Source of the DNA: an uncultured Bacilli bacterium
Lineage (GTDB): Bacteria > Bacillota_I > Bacilli_A > RF39 > UBA660
Direction: 5' to 3'
Assembly (NCBI GenBank): GCA_944358115.1
Contig: CALVQH010000001.1
Coordinates: forward strand, 5,263 to 69,262
DNA length: 64,000 nt
Shown: positions 37,906 to 47,945 of the stretch, in pieces
How positions within the stretch are numbered: position 1 is the stretch's first letter
Layout of the letters: each line of letters opens with the position of its first letter
The notes under the pieces: generated by a model
Told to the model about the DNA's origin: nothing
Seen by the model: only the letters and a program-made list of their open reading frames with translations
Database searches by the model: none
Position numbers and translations under genes: made by a program

Positions 37906-40900
37906 ATGAAAGAATTAAAACATCTTCGTAAACAAAATGAAAAACAATTCTTAAATGATGATGGGTCTATTTCCCTATATCTCTATAACAATGATATTCA
38001 TTATTTAAAAAATGGTGAATATCTAGAAATTGATAATACACTCGTTGAGGAAGAAAATAACATCATTAATAAAGAAAATAATTTTCATACACGTTTTACG
38101 AAAGATACAAAAACAAATTTATTAGTAGATATTACCAAAGATAATTATTATCTAAAAATTTATTTAATGAAATCAAAAAATAATGCAATGAATATGAAGA
38201 AAAATAAAAACAATATAAAACTAGAAAATATCTTAGAAGATATAGATATTGATTATCATGTAATATCGACACAATTAAAGGAAGCTATTATTTTAAAAAA
38301 TAAAAATAATATTCCTACCTCTTTATCTTTTAAAGTAGATACTAACCTAGATTTAGAAGTGGAAGAAAAGGGAAGTGTTCTAGCAAAAGATAAAGAAAAA
38401 CCAATTTTTGTAATTGCAGCACCTTTTATGAAAGATAATAAAGGAACATACAATTACAAGATAAAATACGATTTAAGTTTAAAAGATGATACGTATATCT
38501 TAAACTTAAATTTAGATCAAGAATGGTTAAATGAAGCAGAGTTCCCTGTAGTAATTGATCCAACAATTGTAAATCCGGACGAAGAAGATCCAGAAAATGT
38601 ATATGATGCATATATAAGCTCGAGTCTTCCTGATATGAATATGAATACTCACGAGGAACTATACGTTGGTTCGAATTCAACTAGAACAACAAGAACATTA
38701 TTAAAGTTTAAACTTCCAACAATTGGTACAGGATATGATATTGTAAATGCCACAGCGTATCTAAATAGCGAATTTATGTCTTTAAATGGTAAAACAATTA
38801 ACGTTCATGAGATAACTAACGATTGGAATGAAGCAACAGTTACTTGGAATAGTATCTATGATAAGTATAATTCAAAAATCGAAGAGTATTTTTATGAACA
38901 AAGAACGGTACAAAGTGAGAAAATATTCCCGTTCAATATTACCAATTTAGTCAAAAAATGGTATGCGGGTAATCCTAATTATGGCCTCATGTTAAAGTTA
39001 AATGATGAAACGCCAAATGATGACAATGATAGTTACATCTTTTATTCTAAAACTTATGATGGTTTAAATGAAACAGGATTAAGGCCTTATTTAGCCATTA
39101 CTTATCGTAATCAGAATGGCCTAGAGGATTATATGACTTATCAAACACAAGAATACACAGATGGTGCAAGCTATATCAATAATTTAACTGGTAATCTAAC
39201 CACTACATTCAATTTAAATGAAACAATAGGGGGTAAATATCCAATTGGTTTAAGTCTAGTTTATAATACGAATGATATGGTTTTAAATAATAACTATGGT
39301 TATCAATCTGGATACAAATTAAATTTACATGAAACAATAAAAGAAGTAACAATAGACCTAAATAATTACTTAGAATATATAGATGCTGATGGTACAATCC
39401 ATTACTTTCGAAATGAATTAGATGAAGAAGGAGAAAAAATTGATAATAAGTACATAGATGAAGATGGATTAGGCCTAAACGCTACAAAAGAAACAAATAA
39501 AGTAATAATAGAAGATATAAATAGTAATAAATATGAATTTTCTTTAAATAATAATATTTATTATTTAACCAAATTAACAAATACAAATAATGATAGTGTA
39601 ACAATAACATATGATACAAATAACCGAATCAATAAAGTAACAGATGCCAATAATTCTAGCATCAATATTACATATAATACAAATAATATGATTATTACCA
39701 GTGATAGCACAACAACAACAGTCAATTATACAAATAATAAAGTAACTAGTATAATAAGTAAAAATGGTACCACCAATTTTACTTATAATAATTATGGCTT
39801 AATTAGTAAAATTACCGATGTAAATGGATTAAGTAAAGCTTTTAATTATTATGATGTAAGTCCATATAAAATAAAAAAAGTAATAGAATATGGCTTAAAT
39901 GATGAAGAAGGAGCTTCTCTAGAATTTGAATACGGCTTTTTAGTTACAAGAGTAAAAGATAATAAGGATCGATATAATACCTATATTTTTAACGAACAAG
40001 GAAATACAATTGGTTTTACGAATTTAGATGAAGAAGCAAATTTAAATAATGCTTATGGAAAAGGTGTAGTTTATGAAAATACCACAATTTATAAAGAAAA
40101 TAATGGTACCTATTTTGAAGATATAAATCGAGCAGGAAATAAATTGAAAAATGAAATATTAGCAGTTAAATACACGAAAAATTTAATTAAAAATAGTAGT
40201 TTTGAAGATGCAGAAACATTCTTTATTGGAACTAGAACAACGGAAGAAAAAAGAACTGGAAGTTATAGTTTAAAATTTTCTGATTATTGCTATTTTGAAG
40301 ATCCATCTCTTCCGCCGCGAGGAAAAAATTATACTTTTAGTGGATACTTTAAAAATGATAAAACCTTAACCATGAGCTTAGAAAGAAGAGGATTAAATAA
40401 AACGGATACTTTAGATATAATATCTATTCCTCCAAATGAAGATTTTACAAAATATAGCGTGACGGGTGATTATCCTTCTTCTGAAGAAGAAGGCGGATAT
40501 ATTTCAGTAACGATAACTTCAAATGAAAAAGGAACAGCCTATTTAGATGATGTACAACTTGAAGAAGGAGAAATTGCTAATTATTATAATATGTTAGAAA
40601 ATGGTGATTTCCATGATGGATTAACTGGATGGAATGCAAGTGCCTATGATCGTGAAGGAAATAGTATTAATAATGTAGCAAGTGTAGTAACATTAGAAAA
40701 TGGCGTAAAAGCTTTAAAAATAGCTTCTAATCCTGATTTAGATATTGCTGTTTCCACTACTTTAAAAGTAAATGGAATTGGTGATTTATCGGAAGATAGA
40801 ATAGGAGACTTATATAATTTATCATTCTGGTATAAAAACGAAGGATTACCAAAGGGCGGAACAGGAATGGAATATAGTAATTCTGTATTATTAAGCTTTT

Positions 40901-43900
40901 ATTATACCAACGTACCTGAAGGTGAAGGGTACGGAATTGATCCTATTGGTTTAACTTCTCATAGTAATGAATGGCAATATTTCTCAGCTCCATTCCCAAC
41001 AGATAGTTTATATAATTATGATACCATCGCTTTAACCATATTATCAAATTATAATGCCAATAACTTATATATTACCAATATTTCTTTATCAAAAGATATA
41101 GAACAAAATTATAATTATCATAATAGTGAAACTGGTAATTTAGAGGGAATTAGAAACATGGATAGTTCTCATGCTAGTTTCACTTATGATGAAAATAATC
41201 AATTAACAAGTATGTTTAATCCATTAGGTAATAACTTTAAATTTGAATACGATAATGTGGTAACAGATCGTATATTAAAAGGAATATCACCATCAGGAAT
41301 ATCGAATGAAATTTTATATGATGAATTTGGTAATCCTAAAAAAACAATCATCAATAATGTCAATCCAGATCAAGATATTATGGATGGTAAAACTTATTAT
41401 ATTCGTTTAAAAGGTTCACAAGAATATTGGGATAGTAATTTTATAACAAATGAGATTTTATTAAAAGAAGATAATTGTAGTCATGATACTTACACTCTTT
41501 TAAAAGAGGGTGAATACTTCCGAATAAAAAGTGGGAATGAGTATGTAACACTCATAAATGATTCAATTGGTTTAACCAAGTTAATGACTGATGATTCTTT
41601 GTTCAGATTTTTCCTCCAAAACAACAATAGTTACATCATCATTCCCAAAACCAAAGATAATACATTACTAGAACACAATCTAGCAAATGTAAATGGTAAA
41701 ATTTCTTTAAAAACAAGTGATACCAAAGAATATGAAGAGCAATTTTATTTTGAAGATATTGATACGCAATTGTTTATTGAATCAAAAGCGGAATATACTG
41801 AAGATGGAAAGTTTGTTACCCAAACAATCGATTCTTTAGGCAAAGTTACATCTTATGATATTAATACCACCAATGGTTTAACTAATAGTATTACTGATGC
41901 AAACAACATAACAACTTACTATACTTATAATACTAAAGATCAAATAACCAAAGTAAAGAAAGAAAACAAAGAAGTAAACTATGATTATAATAGCAATAAT
42001 TTACTATCAAAAATAACTTCAAATAACAAAGAATATAACTTTACTTATGATAATTTCTTAAATTCCAAACAAATAAAAATAGGAGACAATATTACTCTTA
42101 TTACTAATAATTATGAAAATAATAATGGGAATCTTCTATCAAGTGTTTATGGTAATGGTGATACATTTAGTTACACTTATGATGAACTTGATAGAATTAA
42201 AACAATGACAAATGATGCTAGTACCTATACATATCATTATGATAATTTGGGCAATTTAGCTAAAATAACAAGTATAAGTGAAAATTATAATTATTATTAT
42301 GACTTATCTAATAGGATTAGCAAATACCTAGTCAATAACTTTAATATTGAGTATGACTATGATTCGAATAATAATATACTTAAGAAAGAGTATACATTAA
42401 ATGATAAAGAAACAGTTACTTTTGAATATAACACCGATGATGCAATAACCAAAGTAACATTCGATAATAATAATTTAAATTATGCTTATGATTATCTAGG
42501 AAGATTAACTAGTAAAGATATAAATGGCAATCAAAAGATAGAGTATACATACATAACAAATGGTAATAAAACTTCTACTGTATTAAAATCCATGAAAATA
42601 AATAATGATTTATATGAATATTATTATGATCATCTATATAATATCACAGATATTTATTTAAATAATAAATTAATTAATCATTATGAGTATGATAATTTTA
42701 ATGAACTAATTAAAGAAGATAGCTATAGTTTAAACAAAACAATAAGATATACTTATGATAATGCTGGAAACATATTAAAGAAACAAGAATACGAATTAGA
42801 TACTTATAATTTATTACATACAGATACTTATGAATATAATAATGTTAATTGGGAAGGCCAATTGACAAAATATAACAATGAATCAATTACTTATGATGCT
42901 ATAGGTAATCCATTAACCATAGGAAATAAAACACTAACTTGGGTAAATGGTAGACAACTAGCAAGTTATACCGATGAAAGTCTAAATATTTCTTATACTT
43001 ATAATAAAGATGGAATAAGAACAGAGAAAGTAATAAATAATACAAAAACTAATTACTTTACAGAAAATAATAAGATAATATTTGAACAAACAGGAAATAA
43101 TATGGTATACTATATACGAGATGAGGAAGGAAGTTTAATAGGATTTAAATATAATAATACACTTTATTATTATATAAAAAACATGCAAGAAGATATCATA
43201 GGAATAACGGATAGTAATTATAACTTAGTATGCAGTTATGAATATGATTCATGGGGAAAACTAATATCCATTAAAGATAATAATGGAAACATTATTACTA
43301 ATACATCTCATATAGGTTATATCAATCCATTTAGATATAGGTCATACTATTATGATAATGAAACAAAGTTGTATTATCTAAATAGTAGATACTATAATCC
43401 AGAATGGGGTAGATTTATTAATGCAGATAGATTTATAAGCACAGATACAGGTATAATTGGCTTCAATATGTATGCTTATTGTAATAATGAGCCAATATCA
43501 AGAAAAGATTATAGTGGAAGTTTCTTCGGACTAGTTTTTGGAATGTTTGCAGTTACAGCTGGAATTATTCTTGGTGCAGAGATTATTGATAATAATAATA
43601 AAAAACAAAATAAAAAAGCTAAAAAAGAAATAGAAGAAGTGCAAAAAAAACACAATGTTTGTCCAATAGAAGAAAATAAAAATTTTAAAGAAACTTTAAA
43701 AACTAATGCAAAAAAAGTTCAAAATGATACTCAAAATATGAATTATATAGAAAGACTAAACTATTTAAGAGAAAATGCAAATGATGGTCAAAAATTCGAT
43801 TTAAAACTATTTACAAAAGATACAATATTTTATGACGGTATGTATATGGAACCACAAGATATCGGTAACTATCACTTTGGGTACATAGGTAGAGCTGCAG

Positions 43901-44070
43901 GCATTCAAACTTGGGTTTTATTAAAGGGTGCCTCAGTAAATCAAATAAAGAAAATGAATTGGGAAGTATTTAAAAATTGTTTTACTACATCTTTCTGCGA
44001 CGATCCTAGAGATCAATATTTTATAAAAATGGGAGCGATAGCATATGATAAAGAACATAAAAATAAATAG
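37906..44070 (+). CDS. RHS/YD-repeat polymorphic toxin (2054 aa) with DNRLRE-like N-terminal domain and variable C-terminal toxin domain
   Basis: Dozens of YD repeats (YTYD.NGN., YDxxGRL). Canonical RHS core end RYYNPEWGRFINADRF followed by NMYAYCNNEPI. N-terminal DAYISSSLPDMNMNTHEELYVGSNS...LLKFKL matches the DNRLRE domain. No signal peptide. A TM helix (FFGLVFGMFAVTAGIILG) follows the core. Confidence 0.85.
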   Translation: MKELKHLRKQNEKQFLNDDGSISLYLYNNDIHYLKNGEYLEIDNTLVEEENNIINKENNFHTRFTKDTKTNLLVDITKDNYYLKIYLMKSKNNAMNMKKNKNNIKLENILEDIDIDYHVISTQLKEAIILKNKNNIPTSLSFKVDTNLDLEVEEKGSVLAKDKEKPIFVIAAPFMKDNKGTYNYKIKYDLSLKDDTYILNLNLDQEWLNEAEFPVVIDPTIVNPDEEDPENVYDAYISSSLPDMNMNTHEELYVGSNSTRTTRTLLKFKLPTIGTGYDIVNATAYLNSEFMSLNGKTINVHEITNDWNEATVTWNSIYDKYNSKIEEYFYEQRTVQSEKIFPFNITNLVKKWYAGNPNYGLMLKLNDETPNDDNDSYIFYSKTYDGLNETGLRPYLAITYRNQNGLEDYMTYQTQEYTDGASYINNLTGNLTTTFNLNETIGGKYPIGLSLVYNTNDMVLNNNYGYQSGYKLNLHETIKEVTIDLNNYLEYIDADGTIHYFRNELDEEGEKIDNKYIDEDGLGLNATKETNKVIIEDINSNKYEFSLNNNIYYLTKLTNTNNDSVTITYDTNNRINKVTDANNSSINITYNTNNMIITSDSTTTTVNYTNNKVTSIISKNGTTNFTYNNYGLISKITDVNGLSKAFNYYDVSPYKIKKVIEYGLNDEEGASLEFEYGFLVTRVKDNKDRYNTYIFNEQGNTIGFTNLDEEANLNNAYGKGVVYENTTIYKENNGTYFEDINRAGNKLKNEILAVKYTKNLIKNSSFEDAETFFIGTRTTEEKRTGSYSLKFSDYCYFEDPSLPPRGKNYTFSGYFKNDKTLTMSLERRGLNKTDTLDIISIPPNEDFTKYSVTGDYPSSEEEGGYISVTITSNEKGTAYLDDVQLEEGEIANYYNMLENGDFHDGLTGWNASAYDREGNSINNVASVVTLENGVKALKIASNPDLDIAVSTTLKVNGIGDLSEDRIGDLYNLSFWYKNEGLPKGGTGMEYSNSVLLSFYYTNVPEGEGYGIDPIGLTSHSNEWQYFSAPFPTDSLYNYDTIALTILSNYNANNLYITNISLSKDIEQNYNYHNSETGNLEGIRNMDSSHASFTYDENNQLTSMFNPLGNNFKFEYDNVVTDRILKGISPSGISNEILYDEFGNPKKTIINNVNPDQDIMDGKTYYIRLKGSQEYWDSNFITNEILLKEDNCSHDTYTLLKEGEYFRIKSGNEYVTLINDSIGLTKLMTDDSLFRFFLQNNNSYIIIPKTKDNTLLEHNLANVNGKISLKTSDTKEYEEQFYFEDIDTQLFIESKAEYTEDGKFVTQTIDSLGKVTSYDINTTNGLTNSITDANNITTYYTYNTKDQITKVKKENKEVNYDYNSNNLLSKITSNNKEYNFTYDNFLNSKQIKIGDNITLITNNYENNNGNLLSSVYGNGDTFSYTYDELDRIKTMTNDASTYTYHYDNLGNLAKITSISENYNYYYDLSNRISKYLVNNFNIEYDYDSNNNILKKEYTLNDKETVTFEYNTDDAITKVTFDNNNLNYAYDYLGRLTSKDINGNQKIEYTYITNGNKTSTVLKSMKINNDLYEYYYDHLYNITDIYLNNKLINHYEYDNFNELIKEDSYSLNKTIRYTYDNAGNILKKQEYELDTYNLLHTDTYEYNNVNWEGQLTKYNNESITYDAIGNPLTIGNKTLTWVNGRQLASYTDESLNISYTYNKDGIRTEKVINNTKTNYFTENNKIIFEQTGNNMVYYIRDEEGSLIGFKYNNTLYYYIKNMQEDIIGITDSNYNLVCSYEYDSWGKLISIKDNNGNIITNTSHIGYINPFRYRSYYYDNETKLYYLNSRYYNPEWGRFINADRFISTDTGIIGFNMYAYCNNEPISRKDYSGSFFGLVFGMFAVTAGIILGAEIIDNNNKKQNKKAKKEIEEVQKKHNVCPIEENKNFKETLKTNAKKVQNDTQNMNYIERLNYLRENANDGQKFDLKLFTKDTIFYDGMYMEPQDIGNYHFGYIGRAAGIQTWVLLKGASVNQIKKMNWEVFKNCFTTSFCDDPRDQYFIKMGAIAYDKEHKNK

Positions 44071-44620
44071 AAAGAAAATTGTTATTGCTGGTATTCTAAT
44101 TGTATTAATAGCGTTATTAATAATTCCAATAATAGTTATTATGATACTTTTTGTTGATGGCCTTAAAGAGAATGCTATTGATAAAAAGGCTATGGAATAT
44201 GAAAGTGAAGAAAAGCGCTTAGAATACTTTTTAGAAAATGAAGAATACCTTAATAAATTAGCAAACTATTTTATAGAATATCCAGAACTTGATAGAATAG
44301 GAAAAAACATTTGGTGTTCTAATGCCGATGAACCAACATATGAATTGAATGATATAACAATTTGTACTTATAAAAAATTAGAAAATCTACCAATTAAAGA
44401 TATTGTAGAAATATATAAAAAAACAAACCTTTCAATTGTTGGTAGAAGGAATGACTGTATTGCATTTTATTTATACATAACAACATATCATGATGTTTGC
44501 TATAATTATTATTTCACTTCTTCAAAAAGTGAATATATAAAATATGATTATGGGATAATTGAAGAAAATGAAATAAATGAGAATTGGAGTAGTATGTTTT
44601 CAAATATTCCTTATGATTAA
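44045..44620 (+). CDS. Putative cognate immunity protein (N-terminal TM, 191 aa)
   Basis: Overlaps the last 26 nt of the RHS gene, the typical toxin-immunity arrangement. TM helix IVIAGILIVLIALLIIPIIVIMILF. Confidence 0.5.
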   Translation: MIKNIKINRKKIVIAGILIVLIALLIIPIIVIMILFVDGLKENAIDKKAMEYESEEKRLEYFLENEEYLNKLANYFIEYPELDRIGKNIWCSNADEPTYELNDITICTYKKLENLPIKDIVEIYKKTNLSIVGRRNDCIAFYLYITTYHDVCYNYYFTSSKSEYIKYDYGIIEENEINENWSSMFSNIPYD

Positions 44621-44838
44621 AAACAAGCAATATTAGAACTAATGTAATCAGTTTACACTAGTTCTTTTTATATATTTGAATAAACAGATAATAATATGGC
44701 ATAAGAATAAAATGCGTTAGCGTATGATGAAAATTCGCAAACATGCCTTTTGATTAAAGAATAAAAAAATTCAATATCATAGTACAATCGCCAACTCGTG
44801 TGTTCTCTTTTTTTCATACAATAAATAGGAGGAAGAAT

Positions 44839-45234
44839 ATGGAACATATATATAATGTAATCTCTTATTTATTGGGTGGAATTGATGCACCGATCATTGT
44901 CTTATTAATTACCATGGTCTATGTCTATCTAACGGGTTGGTGCAAAGTAATATTTTGCCATAAAATGAATAAATTAGTAGGCTTAAAAGGTATCATTCGT
45001 GATCTTGGCTATTTAATGATTGTGTCTTTATCGGTATTATTAGATCGTTTAATGGGAAGTGCGGAAGCGATAAGAACAATCGTTATTTATTTCTTTGTTG
45101 CCCATGAAGGTTTATTAATTTTAAAATGTTGGTGTAAAATGGGACTTCCTCTACCACAAAAAATATATAACACGCTAGAAAATTTATTAGGAGAGGAGGA
45201 ATCTGATGGCAACTCTACTGAACGTGAAGAATAA
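44839..45234 (+). CDS. Holin (phage_holin_4_1 / TcdE-like family)
   Basis: Three TM segments. The conserved YL.G.D.P...LL..M..DY.TG and GL.LP pattern of the family. RBS TAGGAGGAAG before ATG 44839. Confidence 0.65.
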   Translation: MEHIYNVISYLLGGIDAPIIVLLITMVYVYLTGWCKVIFCHKMNKLVGLKGIIRDLGYLMIVSLSVLLDRLMGSAEAIRTIVIYFFVAHEGLLILKCWCKMGLPLPQKIYNTLENLLGEEESDGNSTEREE

Positions 45235-45958
45235 TGTCTTAAAGAGGGGAAAGCATTACTTAACAAGTGACTATAAAACAAGAAATGAATCGAGAAGCAC
45301 CCATAATGGCATGGATTTGGTAGGACAAAATGGAGTAGATGATATTGTAGCCATAGAATCGGGAACCGTAACTTATACTGGTTATGATGCAAGTGGCGGT
45401 GGATACTGGATATCGATTACGACAAATGGGATAGAGCATCGTTATTTTCATTTAAAAAAAGGATCACTAAAAGTAAAGAAAGGCGATCGTGTAACCAAAG
45501 GTGATGTCATAGCAACCATGGGTGATTCTGGAAATGCTACGGGAAATAATCTTCATTTTGCTATTTATAAAAATGGTTATATTGACCCAAAACCATATTT
45601 AATGAATGATAATCCTTTTAATGTAGAAAGTAATGATGCTTACACCACATTTATTCGTGATTTACAAAAGGCAATCGGTACCAATGTAGACGGGATTGCT
45701 GGACCGGAAACACTATCAAAAACCCCAACCATATCAACAAGTACCGGCTGGAATCATGCCGCTGTTAGACCTTTACAAATTTATTTACAAAACTTAGGAT
45801 ATGATTTAGGAAGTAAAGGTGTAGATGGTCAGTTTGGAAAAGATATGAAGGCCTGTATTAAAAAGTACCAAAAAGATGTAGGTTTAGCATCAAAATACCA
45901 AGATGGTATTGTAACTGCTAAAATGTATACTTGGCAAAAATTATTAAAATTAAATTAA
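45206..45958 (+). CDS. M23 peptidase (LytM-type endopeptidase) with two peptidoglycan-binding repeats; endolysin-like
   Basis: HNGMDL...D...HLHFAI M23 signature. C-terminal PG_binding_1-like repeats (VDGIAGPETL, VDGQFGKDM). Overlaps the holin gene. Confidence 0.75.
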   Translation: MATLLNVKNNVLKRGKHYLTSDYKTRNESRSTHNGMDLVGQNGVDDIVAIESGTVTYTGYDASGGGYWISITTNGIEHRYFHLKKGSLKVKKGDRVTKGDVIATMGDSGNATGNNLHFAIYKNGYIDPKPYLMNDNPFNVESNDAYTTFIRDLQKAIGTNVDGIAGPETLSKTPTISTSTGWNHAAVRPLQIYLQNLGYDLGSKGVDGQFGKDMKACIKKYQKDVGLASKYQDGIVTAKMYTWQKLLKLN

Positions 45959-45986
45959 GAGCTTTATTTGTTAAGCTCTTTTTTTA
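45957..45986 (+). terminator. Rho-independent terminator
   Basis: aagagctt-tatttgtt-aagctctt hairpin plus T6. Confidence 0.65.
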
Positions 45987-46046
45987 AATTGTTGTTTAGA
46001 AAGAATTGTATTTTTTCTTATATTTTCGTATAATTAAATTAGGTAG

Positions 46047-46475
46047 GTGAAGTGTATGTGGATTACTTGGTTAATTATTGTTATATTATTAACCATTTTA
46101 GAAGCGATAACGATTAATTTAGTAAGTGTATGGTTTATTGTAAGTGGCATTGTAAGCTTATTCTTATCCTTTGTAATTGATTCATTTTATATTCAATTTA
46201 GCATCTTTGTATGTTTAGGCTTAGTTTTAATGCTTTTAACAAGGCCATATCTAGTAAAGAAACTAGCAAAGAAAAAAGTAAGTACCAATTTAGATCGGGT
46301 AATTGGTATGGAAGGAATAGTAACCGAAGAAATTACCAAATTTAAAATTGGTGAAGTAAAAGTAGATGGCAAAAAATGGAGTGCTATGGCAAATGAAAAA
46401 ATAAAAGTAGGTGAGGAAGTCATCATTGATAAGATCGATGGTGTCAAACTCATTGTAAGAAAGGAAGAAAAGTAA
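46047..46475 (+). CDS. NfeD-family membrane protein (short form)
   Basis: Two or three N-terminal TM helices plus a C-terminal OB-fold (KIGEVKVDGKKWSA...VIIDKIDGVKLIV). Paired with the SPFH gene. Confidence 0.7.
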   Translation: MKCMWITWLIIVILLTILEAITINLVSVWFIVSGIVSLFLSFVIDSFYIQFSIFVCLGLVLMLLTRPYLVKKLAKKKVSTNLDRVIGMEGIVTEEITKFKIGEVKVDGKKWSAMANEKIKVGEEVIIDKIDGVKLIVRKEEK

Positions 46476-47362
46476 TGGAAATTTTAATTGCAATTTTAAT
46501 TTTAGTAGTTATTTTAATTATTCCCAATATTAAAATAGTTCCTCAAGCAAAAGCATATGTAATCGAAAGATTGGGAAGTTATTATACCACATGGCAAAAC
46601 GGGTTACATGTAAAAATACCATTTGTTGATCGCGTCTCAAAAGTGGTTAGTCTAAAAGAAACGGTAAAGGATTTTGCTCCTCAACCGGTAATTACGAAAG
46701 ATAATGTAACCATGCAAATTGATACAGTAGTATACTATCAAATTACGGATCCTAAACTCTATACCTATGGAGTGGATGCCCCAGTAAGTGCGATTGAAAA
46801 TCTAACAGCTACAACCCTTAGAAATATTATTGGTGAATTAGAATTAGATCAAACACTAACGAGTAGAGATATTATTAATGGTAAAATGCGGGCAATCTTA
46901 GATGAAGCTACCGATCCTTGGGGAATCAAAGTAAATCGGGTTGAAGTAAAAAATATTTTACCTCCAAGAGATATTCAAGAAGCAATGGAAAAACAAATGC
47001 GTGCTGAAAGAGAAAGAAGAGAAAAAATATTACAAGCTGAAGGAGAAAAGAAATCAAGTATTTTAATCGCTGAGGGAGAAAAAGAAAGTGCCATTTTACG
47101 AGCAGAAGCCGAAGCACAAAGTGCTATTAAAGTTGCTGAAGGACAAGCAGAAGCTTTAATTAAAATAAAAGAAGCCGAAGCAAAGGGAATAGAACTCTTA
47201 AAAAATGCTAAAGCTGATGTAACCGTATTAACTCTAAAAAGTTATGAAGCCTTAAGTAAAGTAGCAGACGGTCAATCAACCAAACTCATTATACCCGCTA
47301 ATTTACAAGATATTGCAACCTTTGGCACAACCCTAATGGAGGTTATGAAAGATAAGAAATAG
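46475..47362 (+). CDS. SPFH/band-7 (stomatin/flotillin-like, FloA-type) protein
   Basis: N-terminal TM, SPFH domain, C-terminal Ala/Glu-rich coiled-coil (EAEAQSAIKVAEGQAEA). Confidence 0.8.
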   Translation: MEILIAILILVVILIIPNIKIVPQAKAYVIERLGSYYTTWQNGLHVKIPFVDRVSKVVSLKETVKDFAPQPVITKDNVTMQIDTVVYYQITDPKLYTYGVDAPVSAIENLTATTLRNIIGELELDQTLTSRDIINGKMRAILDEATDPWGIKVNRVEVKNILPPRDIQEAMEKQMRAERERREKILQAEGEKKSSILIAEGEKESAILRAEAEAQSAIKVAEGQAEALIKIKEAEAKGIELLKNAKADVTVLTLKSYEALSKVADGQSTKLIIPANLQDIATFGTTLMEVMKDKK

Positions 47363-47378
47363 TCTTATCTTTTTCAAC

Positions 47379-47852
47379 ATGATACAAGAACATACCATTC
47401 CTCCTTTTTATAATCCAGATTCAAAGGTGCTAATATTAGGATCTTTCCCCAGCGTAAAATCAAGAGAAGAAGGCTTTTATTATGCTCATCCCCAAAATCG
47501 CTTTTGGAAGGTGTTAGCAAATATTTTTAACGAAGAGATAACAGATAAGAAAGCTTTTTTAAAAAAACATCAGATTGCCTTATTTGATGTATGTGCCTCT
47601 TGTGAAATCAAAGGATCGAGTGATGCTTCTATTAAAAAAGTAATTCCCAATGATATTAAAAAATTAATAGAAGAAAGTGAAATAAAAGTGATTTTACTAA
47701 ATGGAAAAACTGCCACAAATCTTTTTAAAAAGATGATAAAAGACATTAAAATACCTACAATTAGTTTACCTAGTACCAGTCCTGCCAACGCAACTTACAG
47801 TTTAGATAAATTAATAAAGGAATATGAAATCATAAAAAAGTTTACAAAATAA
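47379..47852 (+). CDS. DNA-deoxyinosine (hypoxanthine) glycosylase-like, UDG superfamily
   Basis: VLILGSFPSVKS...YYAHPQNRFW matches the small UDG-fold family. Confidence 0.55.
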   Translation: MIQEHTIPPFYNPDSKVLILGSFPSVKSREEGFYYAHPQNRFWKVLANIFNEEITDKKAFLKKHQIALFDVCASCEIKGSSDASIKKVIPNDIKKLIEESEIKVILLNGKTATNLFKKMIKDIKIPTISLPSTSPANATYSLDKLIKEYEIIKKFTK

Positions 47853-47945
47853 GTGTCAAGAAAGAGAAAAAAATAAAAAAGGTAAAAAGTAAGCTCTTTA
47901 AAAAATAAAAAGGTTATGTTATACTTATCAAGGTGGTAAAATAAA

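Noticed and set aside
37906-39100. RHS N-terminal region as a secretion signal or LXG/WXG domain
   Set aside because: No hydrophobic h-region follows the N-terminus and there is no LXG-type helical domain. The region instead matches a DNRLRE-type beta domain, so secretion-signal identity was not supported.
38256-39397. Several 60-85-aa minus-strand ORFs inside the RHS gene, and similar ones inside ileS, xfp, the ALDH and the coiled-coil gene
   Set aside because: They are antisense to long, well-supported CDSs, with Leu/Phe/Ser-rich translations typical of AT-rich antisense frames.
36271-45958. Intact prophage or tailocin
   Set aside because: Only a fibre-like gene, holin and endolysin are phage-like. 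There is no integrase, terminase, portal, capsid, tape-measure, sheath or tube gene anywhere in the window.
44839-45958. Holin/M23 pair as ordinary autolysin plus unrelated membrane protein
   Set aside because: The holin family motifs, three-TM topology, overlapping start/stop with the peptidase and the shared terminator argue for a dedicated lysis/release cassette. Function still needs testing.
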